DNA of 35,063 nucleotides from Octopus bimaculoides (Eukaryota): NCBI RefSeq assembly GCF_001194135.2, contig NC_068982.1, positions 135,817,219 to 135,852,281 of the forward strand, read 5' to 3'. Shown piece by piece: positions 1 to 11,240 of this stretch (position 1 is its first letter; each line of letters starts with the position of its first letter). The notes under the pieces were generated by a model. It saw only the letters and a program-made list of their open reading frames with translations, ran no database searches and was not told where the DNA came from. The position numbers and the translations under genes were made by a program.

Positions 1-59
1 ATATATATATATATATATATATAATCATTATTATTGTTATTATTAGTATTATTATTATT

Positions 60-488
60 AAGGCGGTGACCTGGCAGAATCGTTAGCACGTCGAGCGAAA
101 TGCTTAGCAGCATTACGTCGACCGCTACCTTCAGAGTTCAAATTCCGCCGAGGTCGACAATGCCTTTCATTCTTTCGGGGTCGATAGATTAAGTACCAGT
201 GAAATACTAGGATCGATGTAATCGACTAGTCCCCTTTCCAAAATTTCAGGCTTTGTGCCGATAATAGAAAAGATCATTTTTTATTATTAAAGCGGTGAGG
301 TGGCAGAATATTTAGTACGGCGTGTGATACGCTTAGCAGTATTTCGTCCGTCGCTACGTTCTGAGTTCAAATTCTGCCGAGGTCGACTTTGCATTGCATC
401 CTTTCTGGGTCAATAAAATAAGTACCAGATGAACACTGCCCCAAAATTGCTGACCTTGTGTCAAAATTTGGAACCTTTATTATTATCA

Positions 489-519
<31 letters not shown>

Positions 520-553
520 NNNNNNNNNNTATTATTATTATTATTATTATTAT

Positions 554-601
<48 letters not shown>

Positions 602-812
602 AGTGTGAGCTGTCAGAATCAGTAGCAAGCTGGATGAAATATTTAGCGGTATTTCGCCCGTCAGTACGCTCTGCGTTCAAATTCAGTCGAGGTCGACTTT
701 GCCTTTCATCTTACGAGATCGCTAAAATAATTACCAGTGCAGTATTGAGGTTGATATAATCAACTTAATCCCTCTAGTCAAATTTCAGGCGTTGTGCCTT
801 AAGCAGAAGGTA
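60..812 (+). mobile_element. Three head-to-tail copies of a tRNA-derived SINE (family A) at ~60-275, ~289-475 and ~601-812
   Basis: Each has an A-box-like tggcagaatcg head, B-box gttcaaattc, and core gaggtcgactttgcctttcatc..gataaa..gtaccagt. Separated by (TTA)n/(TAG)n. Confidence 0.9.
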
Positions 813-871
813 TTTTTATGATTATTAATATTATTATTATTTTCATCATCATCATCATTAACATTGTCATC

Positions 872-1290
872 ATTATTTACCTATTTATGTCACTTCACTT
901 GAAAGCGATATTTTCTTCAAGCATCTCGACAGAAAGTAGCTTAGAATCTGAAAAATCTTTCTTAGAACTCTTGCAGAATAGAAGATAGCACTTCTCTGCA
1001 GGTTGACAGTGCGTGTGTTAATTCTACTATTCTTTGTCCTCTTAGATGGCATTCTGGGTATTTTGCTACGGGGACCATTTAATACAATAATAATTGTAAC
1101 TTTGTCATCCACAAGTTTTTCATCTCTCTGGTTTGTGTCTGATATTTTTCGATTTTCTCACGCTGTTTGGTACTCACTCTAATGCCATATGATATTGCAA
1201 AGTCTATGAACGAACGCTGTTATTTTTTATCCCCGCCAAACTTATCTGGTCTCGTTGCTTCATTAGAATTGTTACTCTTAATAATGTTAT
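872..1290 (-). mobile_element. R4/Dong-type non-LTR retrotransposon, 3' fragment (restriction-like endonuclease end), decayed
   Basis: Minus-strand frames give ..EATRPD.., ..IDFAISYGIRVSTKQREKIEKYQ.. and ..NLQRSAIFYSARVLRKIFQI, matching the RPD / IIDxAxP / EKxxKY / LQKxALLxTARILRKVL motif series of the other copies here. Tail runs into an (ATT)/(ATC) tract. Confidence 0.65.
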
Positions 1291-2743
1291 CCTAGGAAAT
1301 TATGTAATTATTGTTTTCCACCACAGCCTTTGGCTTGTGTTCATAGCGTCTTTTTTTTTTTTGTCACTGTGTGTCCGTAAATTCGACTAACATCCAAATG
1401 CACTCTTTTACCCCACGCAGTAATGCCTGCACTTATCCTTTTTTTTCTACTACTTTACTGGATTCACTAAACAGATCGCTAATCTTTTCGTCTCCTTCTA
1501 AACACATTCAACATTTGATGAGTTTCTTTAAAAAACAAATTGTGTCTTTACTAATTTCGTTTTAATAGTTTGTTCCCGCGTAACTGTCTTTAAATCAGTA
1601 GATGATACGGACTGAAATCAACAGCAACGTCATTTTCAATAAAGACCGTAGGATACACTTTGCGTAATTTCTGTTATGCAAAATAATTATTCATGTTTGG
1701 AATGGACACAGTATTTTTATAACTGATGAAAATTAATTTCGTTGCTAAGTACAATAATTGAAAAAACAATGATAAGTTGGACTTTATATTGCAATACAAT
1801 CGTACACTATGCTGAAGATATTAAATGTTGATAGCTTTGAATGCGACAACAGGTTGCAGATTTGATTTGAACTATCGACCATTCTACTTGTATGTTGTAC
1901 CCAATACATTTTGCATGTTTTACTACGACTGTTATATATGTTCGGCTGGACATTTTCGAATTTCTAAACCTCGTCTTTAAACAAGGAACATGGAAAAATT
2001 CTTACGTTTGGTATGGAGCTGTTAAGCACCAAATAGCATTTTCTCTGAAAGATGAGTCAAAATCGGCTTGTATATAATGAAACACTTGTAAAATGCATTG
2101 AGTCTTACTTACTTAGTACATTAATTGTAGCTAAGTATTATGATCATAGCGATATTGCAGCACACGTGACAGTAGATGAACCAACGACTCATTCTTCAGC
2201 AGGTTGTACGGAACGTTCTCTGATTAACCACAGGAGAGAGGAGCTATTTTATTAAATTAAATTAAAAATAGAGTGATATAACTGAGTAATTTCAACTGAT
2301 ATTTATTTCCGTGGGTAGTGTGAACAACAATATTTCACCAGACAAAACATTTGTTTTCGAAGATTTTACTTTAATGATAAATATATATACTTCAATTTTC
2401 TCACGTATACGATACATAAAATAGAAGAAAAGAGTAAAAGATATATATTTTAGTACTTTGATGTTGTTGTTTATAATCTTCTTGACTTCAGGATATAATC
2501 GTATATTTTAGTGCATGTTACCTTTACTTTTCCTGTGGAATAAATGGGTTATCTCATGATTAGTAGCTATCGAAGACAATTGAGAATTATTTACTGACGG
2601 CTCAAATTATGAGAGTTACATCAAATTCAGACCATGACATTATTTGATACGTTATGCAAATGCAAATTTTATGTCTACAATGAGACAAAATACAGTATGG
2701 TAAAGAAAACAATGTTTCATAAGCTGCGCGAGAAAATGTATGA

Positions 2744-2749
2744 TTTATT
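2744..2749 (-). promoter_or_regulatory. Candidate polyadenylation signal for the knottin transcript
   Basis: tttatt on + equals AATAAA on -, about 160 nt downstream of the stop codon. The hexamer is common in AT-rich DNA. Confidence 0.4.
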
Positions 2750-2908
2750 CATGTGTTATTAAAGGAACTTGGCATGATGATTCTTCATTGTTTCAGTGGG
2801 AGGTATTTTCACTTTCATTCGTCTTTTGAGATATGTTGTCACGTCACAACGGACTCGCCGTTCATTTGTCCAAGGTCTGCGGTGTTTCTGTTTAAGTAGT
2901 CACTGGTG

Positions 2909-3119
2909 TTAATTTGTGCAAGTACCCTTGGAGAGACTGCATCTTGGATAACGTTGGCAGCAATCTTTGTCAGAAGAACAAGGATGTCCATACCAACAAT
3001 CATAGCAGAGTTTAGCCCAACGGTCACAAATGTTATAGCGGCGACAGCAGTCATTATTGGTACGACAACGTTGACGTAAACACATCCTGTTGGGGAGCAG
3101 CATCCAAGGCATGTGCATC
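2909..3119 (-). CDS. Terminal coding exon of a cysteine-rich peptide with two tandem ICK/knottin-type domains (C-C-CC-C-C x2); 5' exon(s) not located
   Basis: Translation (x)MHMPWMLLPNRM-CLRQRCRTNNDCCRRYNICDRWAKLC-YD-CWYGHPCSSDKDCCQRYPRCSLSKGTC-TN*. Spacings are C-x4-C-x5-CC-x5-C-x6-C and C-x5-C-x5-CC-x5-C-x6-C, with D-CC-x-RY shared by both halves. Preceded by the acceptor gtttttttctttcag|G at 3120; TAA stop at 2911-2909. Confidence 0.8.
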
Positions 3120-3137
3120 CTGAAAGAAAAAAACGGT
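3120..3137 (-). promoter_or_regulatory. Splice acceptor (polypyrimidine tract + CAG) of the knottin exon
   Basis: Minus strand reads aaaccgtttttttctttcag|GATGCAC directly upstream of the Cys-rich frame. Confidence 0.6.
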
Positions 3138-3518
3138 TTCTGTTATATATGGTAACAAGCATTTATATATTGAAACACACACACACAAGCACACACGCAT
3201 GCACCCACACACAGGAGTACATAACACAAATGCTGGAAGTCAATGTCAGAAGGTCAAGATTCCTATAAGTATTTCAAATAAATAACATTTCAACATTAAC
3301 AACGAAGAGAGTATATCATCTGAATTTGTTTCAAATATACTGAAGTTGAAGGTTTCATTAAAGTAAACAATGTATTAAATGGTGAGGGATGAGGGGTAAA
3401 ACCAAAACGGTTGAATTTGAACTCGGCATCTCGTCATGCTAAACAAAATACAGTAAGTGACTTGGTTCAACTTTCGAGTGTCTGACAATGCTGGCGAATA
3501 AATTCTTATTAATTTATT

Positions 3519-3922
3519 TGTTAGCAAGCCGAGAGAAATGCTTAGCAGTATTTCGTCTGCCGTTACGTTCTGAGGCCAACTTTGTCTTCCATCCATTCGG
3601 GGTCGATAAATTATGTACCAGCTGCGTACTGGAATCGATCTAATCGATTAGCCTCCTCCCCAAACATTTCGGGCCTTGTGGCTAGAGTATAAAAGAATAA
3701 ATTCTTATTAATATTTATATATTTGTTAGCACGACGAGCGAAATGCTCAGCGGCAGTTCGTCTGCTGTTACATTCTGAGTTCAAATTCTACCGAGGTCGA
3801 CTGTGCCATTTATCCTTTGAGGGTCGATCAAATAAGTACCAGTGAAGTACTGGGGTTGATGTAATCGACTTAATCCCTTGTCTATCCTTGATTTTCCCCT
3901 TGTGGGCAATAAAGAAATAAAT
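3519..3922 (+). mobile_element. Two tandem family A SINE copies (~3519-3700, ~3724-3922), in the presumed intron upstream of the knottin exon
   Basis: gttagca..aaatgcttagc..gttctgag..gtcgat..gtaccag core occurs twice. Confidence 0.88.
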
Positions 3923-4355
3923 ATTTACATATTCCAATCATGTCTACAATGTTGTTCACACAATAAGGATCCAGAAATTTTGACCGATACGGAACAATTC
4001 ATTTTAACGGTAGAACTCAAAGTAGATAAAGCTATAAATACTAGTGTGTAGAATGCTCGGATATAAATCTTCAATGGAAAATAAGTCAAAGGATATTTCC
4101 TCCCAATATTCTACAAGCTACTATTTATAGCTTTATCTACTTCGATTTATACCATTAAAAATGGTTTATATTTGCAACCTTTCAACTTGCAATATTAAAA
4201 GAAAGGATTTATGACCCCAAAAACTGGAATGAATAACAAGATATCAACAATTAAAAATTCTCTAGGACAAGTTGCTAAAAGATAATTAATTGCTGAAGAT
4301 CAATATTCGACGTCAAAATAGAATCGAAAAAATCCTTTGAATTTAGAGGTTTCTA

Positions 4356-4539
4356 GGCGCAGGAGTGGCTGTGCGGTAAGACGCTTGCTTCCCAAACATA
4401 TAGTTCCGGGTTCAGTCCCACTGCATGACACCTTAGGCAAATGTCTACTACTATAGCTTAGGTCCAACCAAAGCCTTGTGAGAAGATTTGGTAGACAGAT
4501 ACTGAAGAAAGCCCGTATATATATATATATATATACGAC

Positions 4540-4578
<39 letters not shown>

Positions 4579-4790
4579 CATGTATGTATGTATTTGTGTG
4601 TATGTGTTTGTTCCCCCACCATCGCATGACAACCGATGTGGGTGTGTTTACTTCCCCTTAACCTAGCGGTTCGTGAAGAGTGACCGAGAAAATAACTACT
4701 AGCTTTACAAAGAATAAGTCCTGGGGGTCGATATGTTCGACTAAAGGCAGTGCTCTAGCATGGCCCCAGTCAAATGACTGAAACAAGTAA
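4356..4790 (+). mobile_element. tRNA-derived SINE (family B) with internal (TA)n(TG)n microsatellite, near full length
   Basis: Head ggcgcaggagtggctgtgcggtaag..gttccgggttcagtccc (A/B-box-like), central microsatellite, tail ..gcatggccccagtcaaatgactgaaacaagtaa. Confidence 0.88.
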
Positions 4791-6879
4791 GGTAAAAAAA
4801 AATGAAATTTGGCTTATTTTACTATATCATATTTTTATTCAGTTCACAGCCGACACAGCTAGAAAAAGCAAACCTGTTCAAATTTGCAATGATGCATTTT
4901 ATGTAAAGAATATTTCTTTCAAAAATTTGAACTCGCCATCTTTAAAGGCCGAACAAGTGATTCCTCAGTGGTTGTCTTTAACATTTGCTGATTCTTAGGT
5001 GAATATGCGTACGAGAAGAAAAAAATAACAAAACAAAATATGAAGAAAGTTATTCCTATGCTTATAGCCACCTATTGAGTATGGGAATTTGAGAATTTCT
5101 TCAACATTTTGATGAACACATTGTGTCAATTGATCTATTTTATCTATGTTATCGTTGTCACATTGAACGGAAACGCAAAAGAAAACATCTACGTCTTTTC
5201 TAAAGGTGTCAGCCATGTAGCTGAGATGAAAAAGATACTATCAGAAATCGAAAATAGTCTGTAATTAAGCTAAAATAATATGTCTACCGAGTGACAGAAT
5301 TTGCTGTTGTCAAAATAAAAACATTACAACCTTTCTATAATTCTACAAAAGTGAATGGAAAGTATATATTTTCCAGCTATAGCGATTTGTCTACAACATC
5401 TACAACGCATTAATTAAGCNNNNNNNNNNTATATGGAATGAAACTTTAATTCATGTTTATCAATGAAATATGTATTTACGTATTTAGGATCAGTTACGGT
5501 TACATTATATTAAAGTGATTCCTAAATCTCTGTCTGACTAAGACATGAAATCTCAAATCTATTATGTAATAAATTTAGAATTCCATCAAGCTACACTACA
5601 CGTTTGAAATATGTACGAAGACGGAAAAAAATGAATAGTCAGTCTCTAATGTTTATATAGGATCATGAGTTTCAGTTCAACAGCAAACATAACTTTGGTT
5701 TAATCCTACTTTCGTGGATGTGTTCTAAAAACTTTTCACTTGTCTTTGAACTGTACATCATCACTATGCCGCTGTGATTTCTTTGTCATCTTGACTGTAA
5801 CATGACGGAGAGGAAATATGGTTTTGAATAAAGATACTATTTATCATAGATAGCAGCACATAAATTTCATTATATTTAGAATTGATCAGTTAGTGATAAA
5901 ATTACAACGTTATATTTGAAAGCTTACATTGAAATAATTCTGTTCTATAGAAATAAATGAGGAACAAGTAAAGAAATTCTACTGAAAAAAATATTGAAGC
6001 TGGACATTGCTCTTTTATACGATTTCTGCTTGGTTAAATTTTCGACAAAAATAGTATTAACCAGCAGAATAGAAAAGCACTAATGTTGCCCAGCGGATAA
6101 CATTCTATATTTTAAATATTTCATTTCGATTGAATATGCTTTGCGGAGAACAAATATAAGACTAGTCAATCTTTTGATTAGAAAAAGTAAGGTTAGAGAA
6201 ATACATTTTGTTGGAGTAGATTTATGAAATGTGTTACAGTTCCTAAAGTAATGAATCTAATGAAATGCTATGTTGTATTTACAGAAGCTGCTAACTTTTC
6301 CACGGATAGGGCACAACAGCAGCGGAATGATTGGTGTGAGTTAATGGTAAGTTCGCTTATCCACTCTACTTCATGGAAATTGAAGAATGAATAAATCCAT
6401 TCATGTGTTGTCAGTTAATATAAGATAGCTTCAAATCAGGAAGAATGAATTTTGCAGACTTTGGAATATATCAGGAGTAAAAGTTATCACTAAGAAAAAA
6501 TATTTCGTAATGAATATTCTCTCATAGAAACATGTCTCAAATTTACACTCGTATAGTGAATACTCCACTATTTAGATATGAATGCTATAAAAGGGTAACC
6601 TAATAACTAGATAATGTGCTTAAAGAGTTATGTTCAATTATTTCGGGTATAAATGGAAGTAAGTGAGGCAACCAGCAAGGTACTGCAGAAAATGAAATAA
6701 ATATAGTAAAGAGATGGCCTATGAATAGCTTCACCATGGAATCATTATGAATATATATATATATATATATATATACAAACATATGAAAATGTGTGTACGC
6801 TTATATTATGTATATATATAATATATATATATATATGTATACGCTATATATTTTATAAATATTATAGCGTGTATCTGTC

Positions 6880-7007
<128 letters not shown>

Positions 7008-7024
7008 ATATTCTTTTACACTTT

Positions 7025-7072
7025 TAGTTGTTTCACTCATTTGACTGAGACCGTGCTGGAGCACCACCGTCT
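7025..7072 (-). repeat. Short tail fragment of the family B SINE (also at ~8315-8356 and ~11288-11330)
   Basis: Reverse complement cggtggtgctccagcacggtctcagtcaaatgagtgaaacaac matches 4745-4788. Confidence 0.75.
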
Positions 7073-7714
7073 TTAATTTCTGAATTCCTAACGGGCCACC
7101 CATATTCTTTATGTATATGTGTGTGTGTGCGTGTGTTTGTGTGTGTATGCGTATGTGTGTGTGTGTGTGTGTGTTTGTGTGTCTGTGCGTGCATGTATGT
7201 GAGTGCACGTGTGTGTATATGCATATATATATATATATATATGAATTTATACGCGTCTGTATGTGTCTGATTCTGCGTTTCATGTATCTGCTTGTCGTCA
7301 ACTAAGCCGACACCACTAGTCTAAGACCTTATCTTGGTAACTACAGGGTGGTTAAAAGATCTCACTTGCAATCAGAGAATAAAGAAATATAGAAACTGTT
7401 ACAAAGGCAGAACAACCGAAAGGCTCAACAGTCACACGCCAAACCTATAAATGATGTGGTATTTCATCAAGGATTTTGAAACATTAATCAGAGACTACCT
7501 CGACTACTCCTGTGCCAGGATGTTACTCTCAGGTGAAATGGCACTAAATGTAATTTAGCTGATCCTTGGTAAGGTTTTCATCCTCGTCTTCTTTTAGCCC
7601 TCAGTGACTATTGCAGAGTTAATCTTGTGTTCAAAACAGAAATACAACAGGTGCACGCATATATATGTATATGTATATACATTATATACATACACACATG
7701 CATTCATACATACA

Positions 7715-8045
7715 TACGTACATATATACATACAGCTAATTCGAAGACTTCAGATCCAATCCATCACTGGAACTGTAAATATTTGTAAACCTTTCCAGTA
7801 CTTTATCGTTTAAATATATATGAGCATGTCTAGATCATGCATACATACATACACATACTCATACATACATGCATGCATACATACATACGTACATACATAC
7901 ATACATAATACATACATACATATATACATACATACATACAGCTAATTTGAAGACTACAGACCCAATCCATCACTGGAAAGGTAAAGATTTATAAAACTTT
8001 CCAGTTTACCATTTAAATACATTATGTCTAGATATGCAACTATAT
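7715..8045. repeat. Diverged direct duplication (~120-bp unit) separated by (TACA)n
   Basis: cagctaattcgaagacttcagatccaatccatcactggaa..ctttccagt..tgtctagat (7733-7833) versus cagctaatttgaagactacagacccaatccatcactggaa..ctttccagt..tgtctagat (7939-8033). Confidence 0.9.
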
Positions 8046-9036
8046 GCACGAGAGTACATACATAAAGCAAAACATGCAAATCTGCACATATACATACATT
8101 CATACACGCATATATACGTACACACGCACATACATACATACATACATACATACATACATACATACAAACAAACAAACAAACAAACATACGAAAATACACT
8201 GTTGTTGATGTTGAAACTCCTATGAAGGAGCTTTGAATCTAGATTAGTAACCAACTCTTTCACCATTAGCAAGAAATCTTGAAATAAAACTGAACAATGA
8301 CATACATATATTTTTGTTTCAGCTATGCAGCTGCAGTCATGCTGGACCAACACCGTGATTTTGCACTTTTGCATATGATAATTTTTTGACTGTTTTAGCA
8401 GGGGTGGTAGTATTTCGTATCTTGTATATGCATAAGTGTGTAAGGATTTATTTGTATACATATATAGCACTCTCTTCATAATTCTCTAAAAACGCATATT
8501 TTGTATCACATTTTGCAGAGATATGTTTGCATGAATGTAGATTTTGATTATGTCACTACCACTTACAAGCATCATCATATTTCTACAAAACTATCTTTGA
8601 AATTCATATTTTAAAATGATATTTCGTAAAAGTAGTCGTTTGCGGGTGTTGAGTACGTAATTCTGGTGATATAAAGAATGAAGAATACTGAAGGAGGGGA
8701 AATTGATGGAAACAAAGTCGGGGAATGTGACGGAAGAACAATATGTAATTTCTTCTATTCTCTGCAATTGATCATCATAATTGTAACGTACATCCTCGAA
8801 AATGAACTTCTGAATATGGTATTCAGAATTTTGCATTCGAAAAAATACCATAGCAAAATAAATTGGAGTATGGAGAGAGAAGGATAGTCCTCAAAACCAT
8901 CAATTTTATAATATGTTTTGACTTCATCTTCATCTTTGTAATCTTAATTTTTAAAAACATTTTTGCAAAAAAAAAAAAGATATTTTAATATATATCTTTT
9001 GGAAACAGACTCAAAGGGGTATATATATATATATAT

Positions 9037-9506
9037 NNNNNNNNNNNNNNNNNNNNNNNNNNNNNNNNNNNNNNNNNNNNNNNNNNNNNNNNNNNNNNNN
9101 NNNNNNNNNNNNNNNNNNNNNNNNNNNNNNNNNNNNNNNNNNNNNNNNNNNNNNNNNNNNNNNNNNNNNNNNNNNNNNNNNNNNNNNNNNNNNNNNNNNN
9201 NNNNNNNNNNNNNNNNNNNNNNNNNNNNNNNNNNNNNNNNNNNNNNNNNNNNNNNNNNNNNNNNNNNNNNNNNNNNNNNNNNNNNNNNNNNNNNNNNNNN
9301 NNNNNNNNNNNNNNNNNNNNNNNNNNNNNNNNNNNNNNNNNNNNNNNNNNNNNNNNNNNNNNNNNNNNNNNNNNNNNNNNNNNNNNNNNNNNNNNNNNNN
9401 NNNNNNNNNNNNNNNNNNNNNNNNNNNNNNNNNNNNNNNNNNNNNNNNNNNNNNNNNNNNNNNNNNNNNNNNNNNNNNNNNNNNNNNNNNNNNNNNNNNN
9501 NNNNNN
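9037..9506. other. Assembly gap (470 N); 10-N gaps also at 520-529, 5420-5429 and 26991-27000
   Basis: Runs of n in the sequence. Confidence 0.99.
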
Positions 9507-9552
<46 letters not shown>

Positions 9553-10320
9553 CACGCACACATATAAATATATGTATGTATGTGAATGTATGTATGCATG
9601 TATGTATGTGTGTATGTATGTATGTATGCGTACATCCACATTAATATGTGTGTGTGCGCGTATATGGATCTAAGTTTATTCCGTGAGTTGATTCTTTAGA
9701 ACAAGAGAGTGTTCTAAATATGCATGGAACTCTCTTCCCCACATTAGGTTCAAAGAGAACATTTCAAGGCTTCCACTAGAAGATAACTTGTATTTTTATG
9801 AAACTTAATAATTTATGCTTTATAGCAAAATATCTCTCATCACATTCAAAGCAAGTTATTATAACTTCGCAATATGCTTAAATTCTCTTTGCATTAATTT
9901 TTGTTTTATTAAAATTCTATTGATTTTCCATAAAATACAGTTTGGAGAATGTGTTGTTGATTCTCTATTTGCGTTGCCTGGTTTCACAACTCAATCACCT
10001 TCTTATCATTTTAGTAGCCATATTCACTCAGCTTTTCGATATACGTAATCACGTGACCGTTTGTCAGACAGTTTTGATAATACAGAATATTGAAATTCTA
10101 TTAGCTGTGAGTTTTTATATTTTTTGTAGATACTAGTTCAACGAATTAGTATTTAATTCTTATTGGGTTACATATTTAAAAAAATAACGATGCATAAATG
10201 CCTGCCGGTGGGCTACAAGTCTTATATAGTCACAAGATATGAAATTGCATTTTGTGTATTAACTCAAATGTCAATAGAAAGTCACGTGAATCGCTTAGTA
10301 CCAATATGTTAAGATTTTGT

Positions 10321-10617
10321 AGGGGAACTCCGGAACGGGTCTCAGGGAGTAGCGTCCTTGCTTTCTTGAGCTAGATTGCCACCAAACTTCTTAAAAATCG
10401 TGGTAGAGGCCTTGATCTCGGGACCACTTATATGTAGAAACTGAGGTTGGGAGTTAGCAAGGGCATGCTCCCTGTAAAAAATCCAGCTACAAAAAATCCT
10501 CATGATAGCAAAGGAGAATAGGCACCTATCAGTCTAACTCGGTTGCTATGGCATTGCGGTAGATCCGGCCACCCCCGTTAACAGGGACAAAACCCAGATT
10601 TAAAACCCATGATGATG
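10321..10617 (+). repeat. Unclassified GC-richer segment, probably a retroposon fragment
   Basis: GC clearly above the flanks; gaggttgggagttagcaagggcatgctccctgtaaaaaa resembles LINE UTR/SINE motifs; ends in (GAT)n. Only one copy in the window. Confidence 0.35.
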
Positions 10618-11182
10618 AATTGAATAGTATTTTGCTCTAACCTAGGTATTCGAGTGCTATTTCTGCAACCTTGTTTTGAACGCATAATTGTGCGTTTAGT
10701 TTACATACATATATAACTACATACATCTGTATACATACATACATACATGCATCTCTCTTTCTCTCTCGCTATATATACACACACAAATAAACACACACAT
10801 ATAAACATACAGACATACACACACACACACACAAAACACACATACACACACACACACATATAGTGTAGTTCCTCGGGTTATCTTACTCAACATTCCACTC
10901 CAATGCCTAGTTTTCCACATTTTCATACTTATAATGGATTGGAAATTCACTAAATGTAGGGACTCCATCAGCCTTACCGCTAAAACCAATGTATGGAAAT
11001 ATTCCAAGGAGTAGCATTTTAAATAAATAACAAAATCGAATGTATACCGAACAGCATTAATACTTGTTACAATTGTTTCTGTGTCTCACTGGTTGTAGGA
11101 ATATTTCATGTAAATTATTCCGTTCAAAAATGAGCTTGTGGTAATACACGTGGTTGATTATGTCGGACCTCTTTGCATGTAC

Positions 11183-11240
<58 letters not shown>

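Noticed and set aside
60-812. Regularly spaced repeats resembling a CRISPR array or tRNA genes
   Set aside because: Units are ~200-bp diverged SINEs in eukaryotic DNA; they have A/B-box-like motifs but no cloverleaf, no unique spacers and no cas genes.
2839-3162. 107-aa ORF with a hydrophobic Val/Ala-rich stretch, suggesting a membrane protein
   Set aside because: It is the shifted frame of the Cys-rich exon (TGT/TGC become GTx/GCx) and its start lies in intron-like pyrimidine tract. The double-ICK frame has far stronger internal structure. Only its first 13 codons are kept as an open question.
6600-6736. MVKLFIGHLFTIFISFSA as the missing signal peptide of the knottin
   Set aside because: The hydrophobic codons coincide with a pyrimidine tract ending in ttctgcag, and no phase-2 donor was found to join it to 3119.
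8944-9673. Long ORFs of 182-236 aa
   Set aside because: They run through the 470-N gap and (TA)/(TG) microsatellites.
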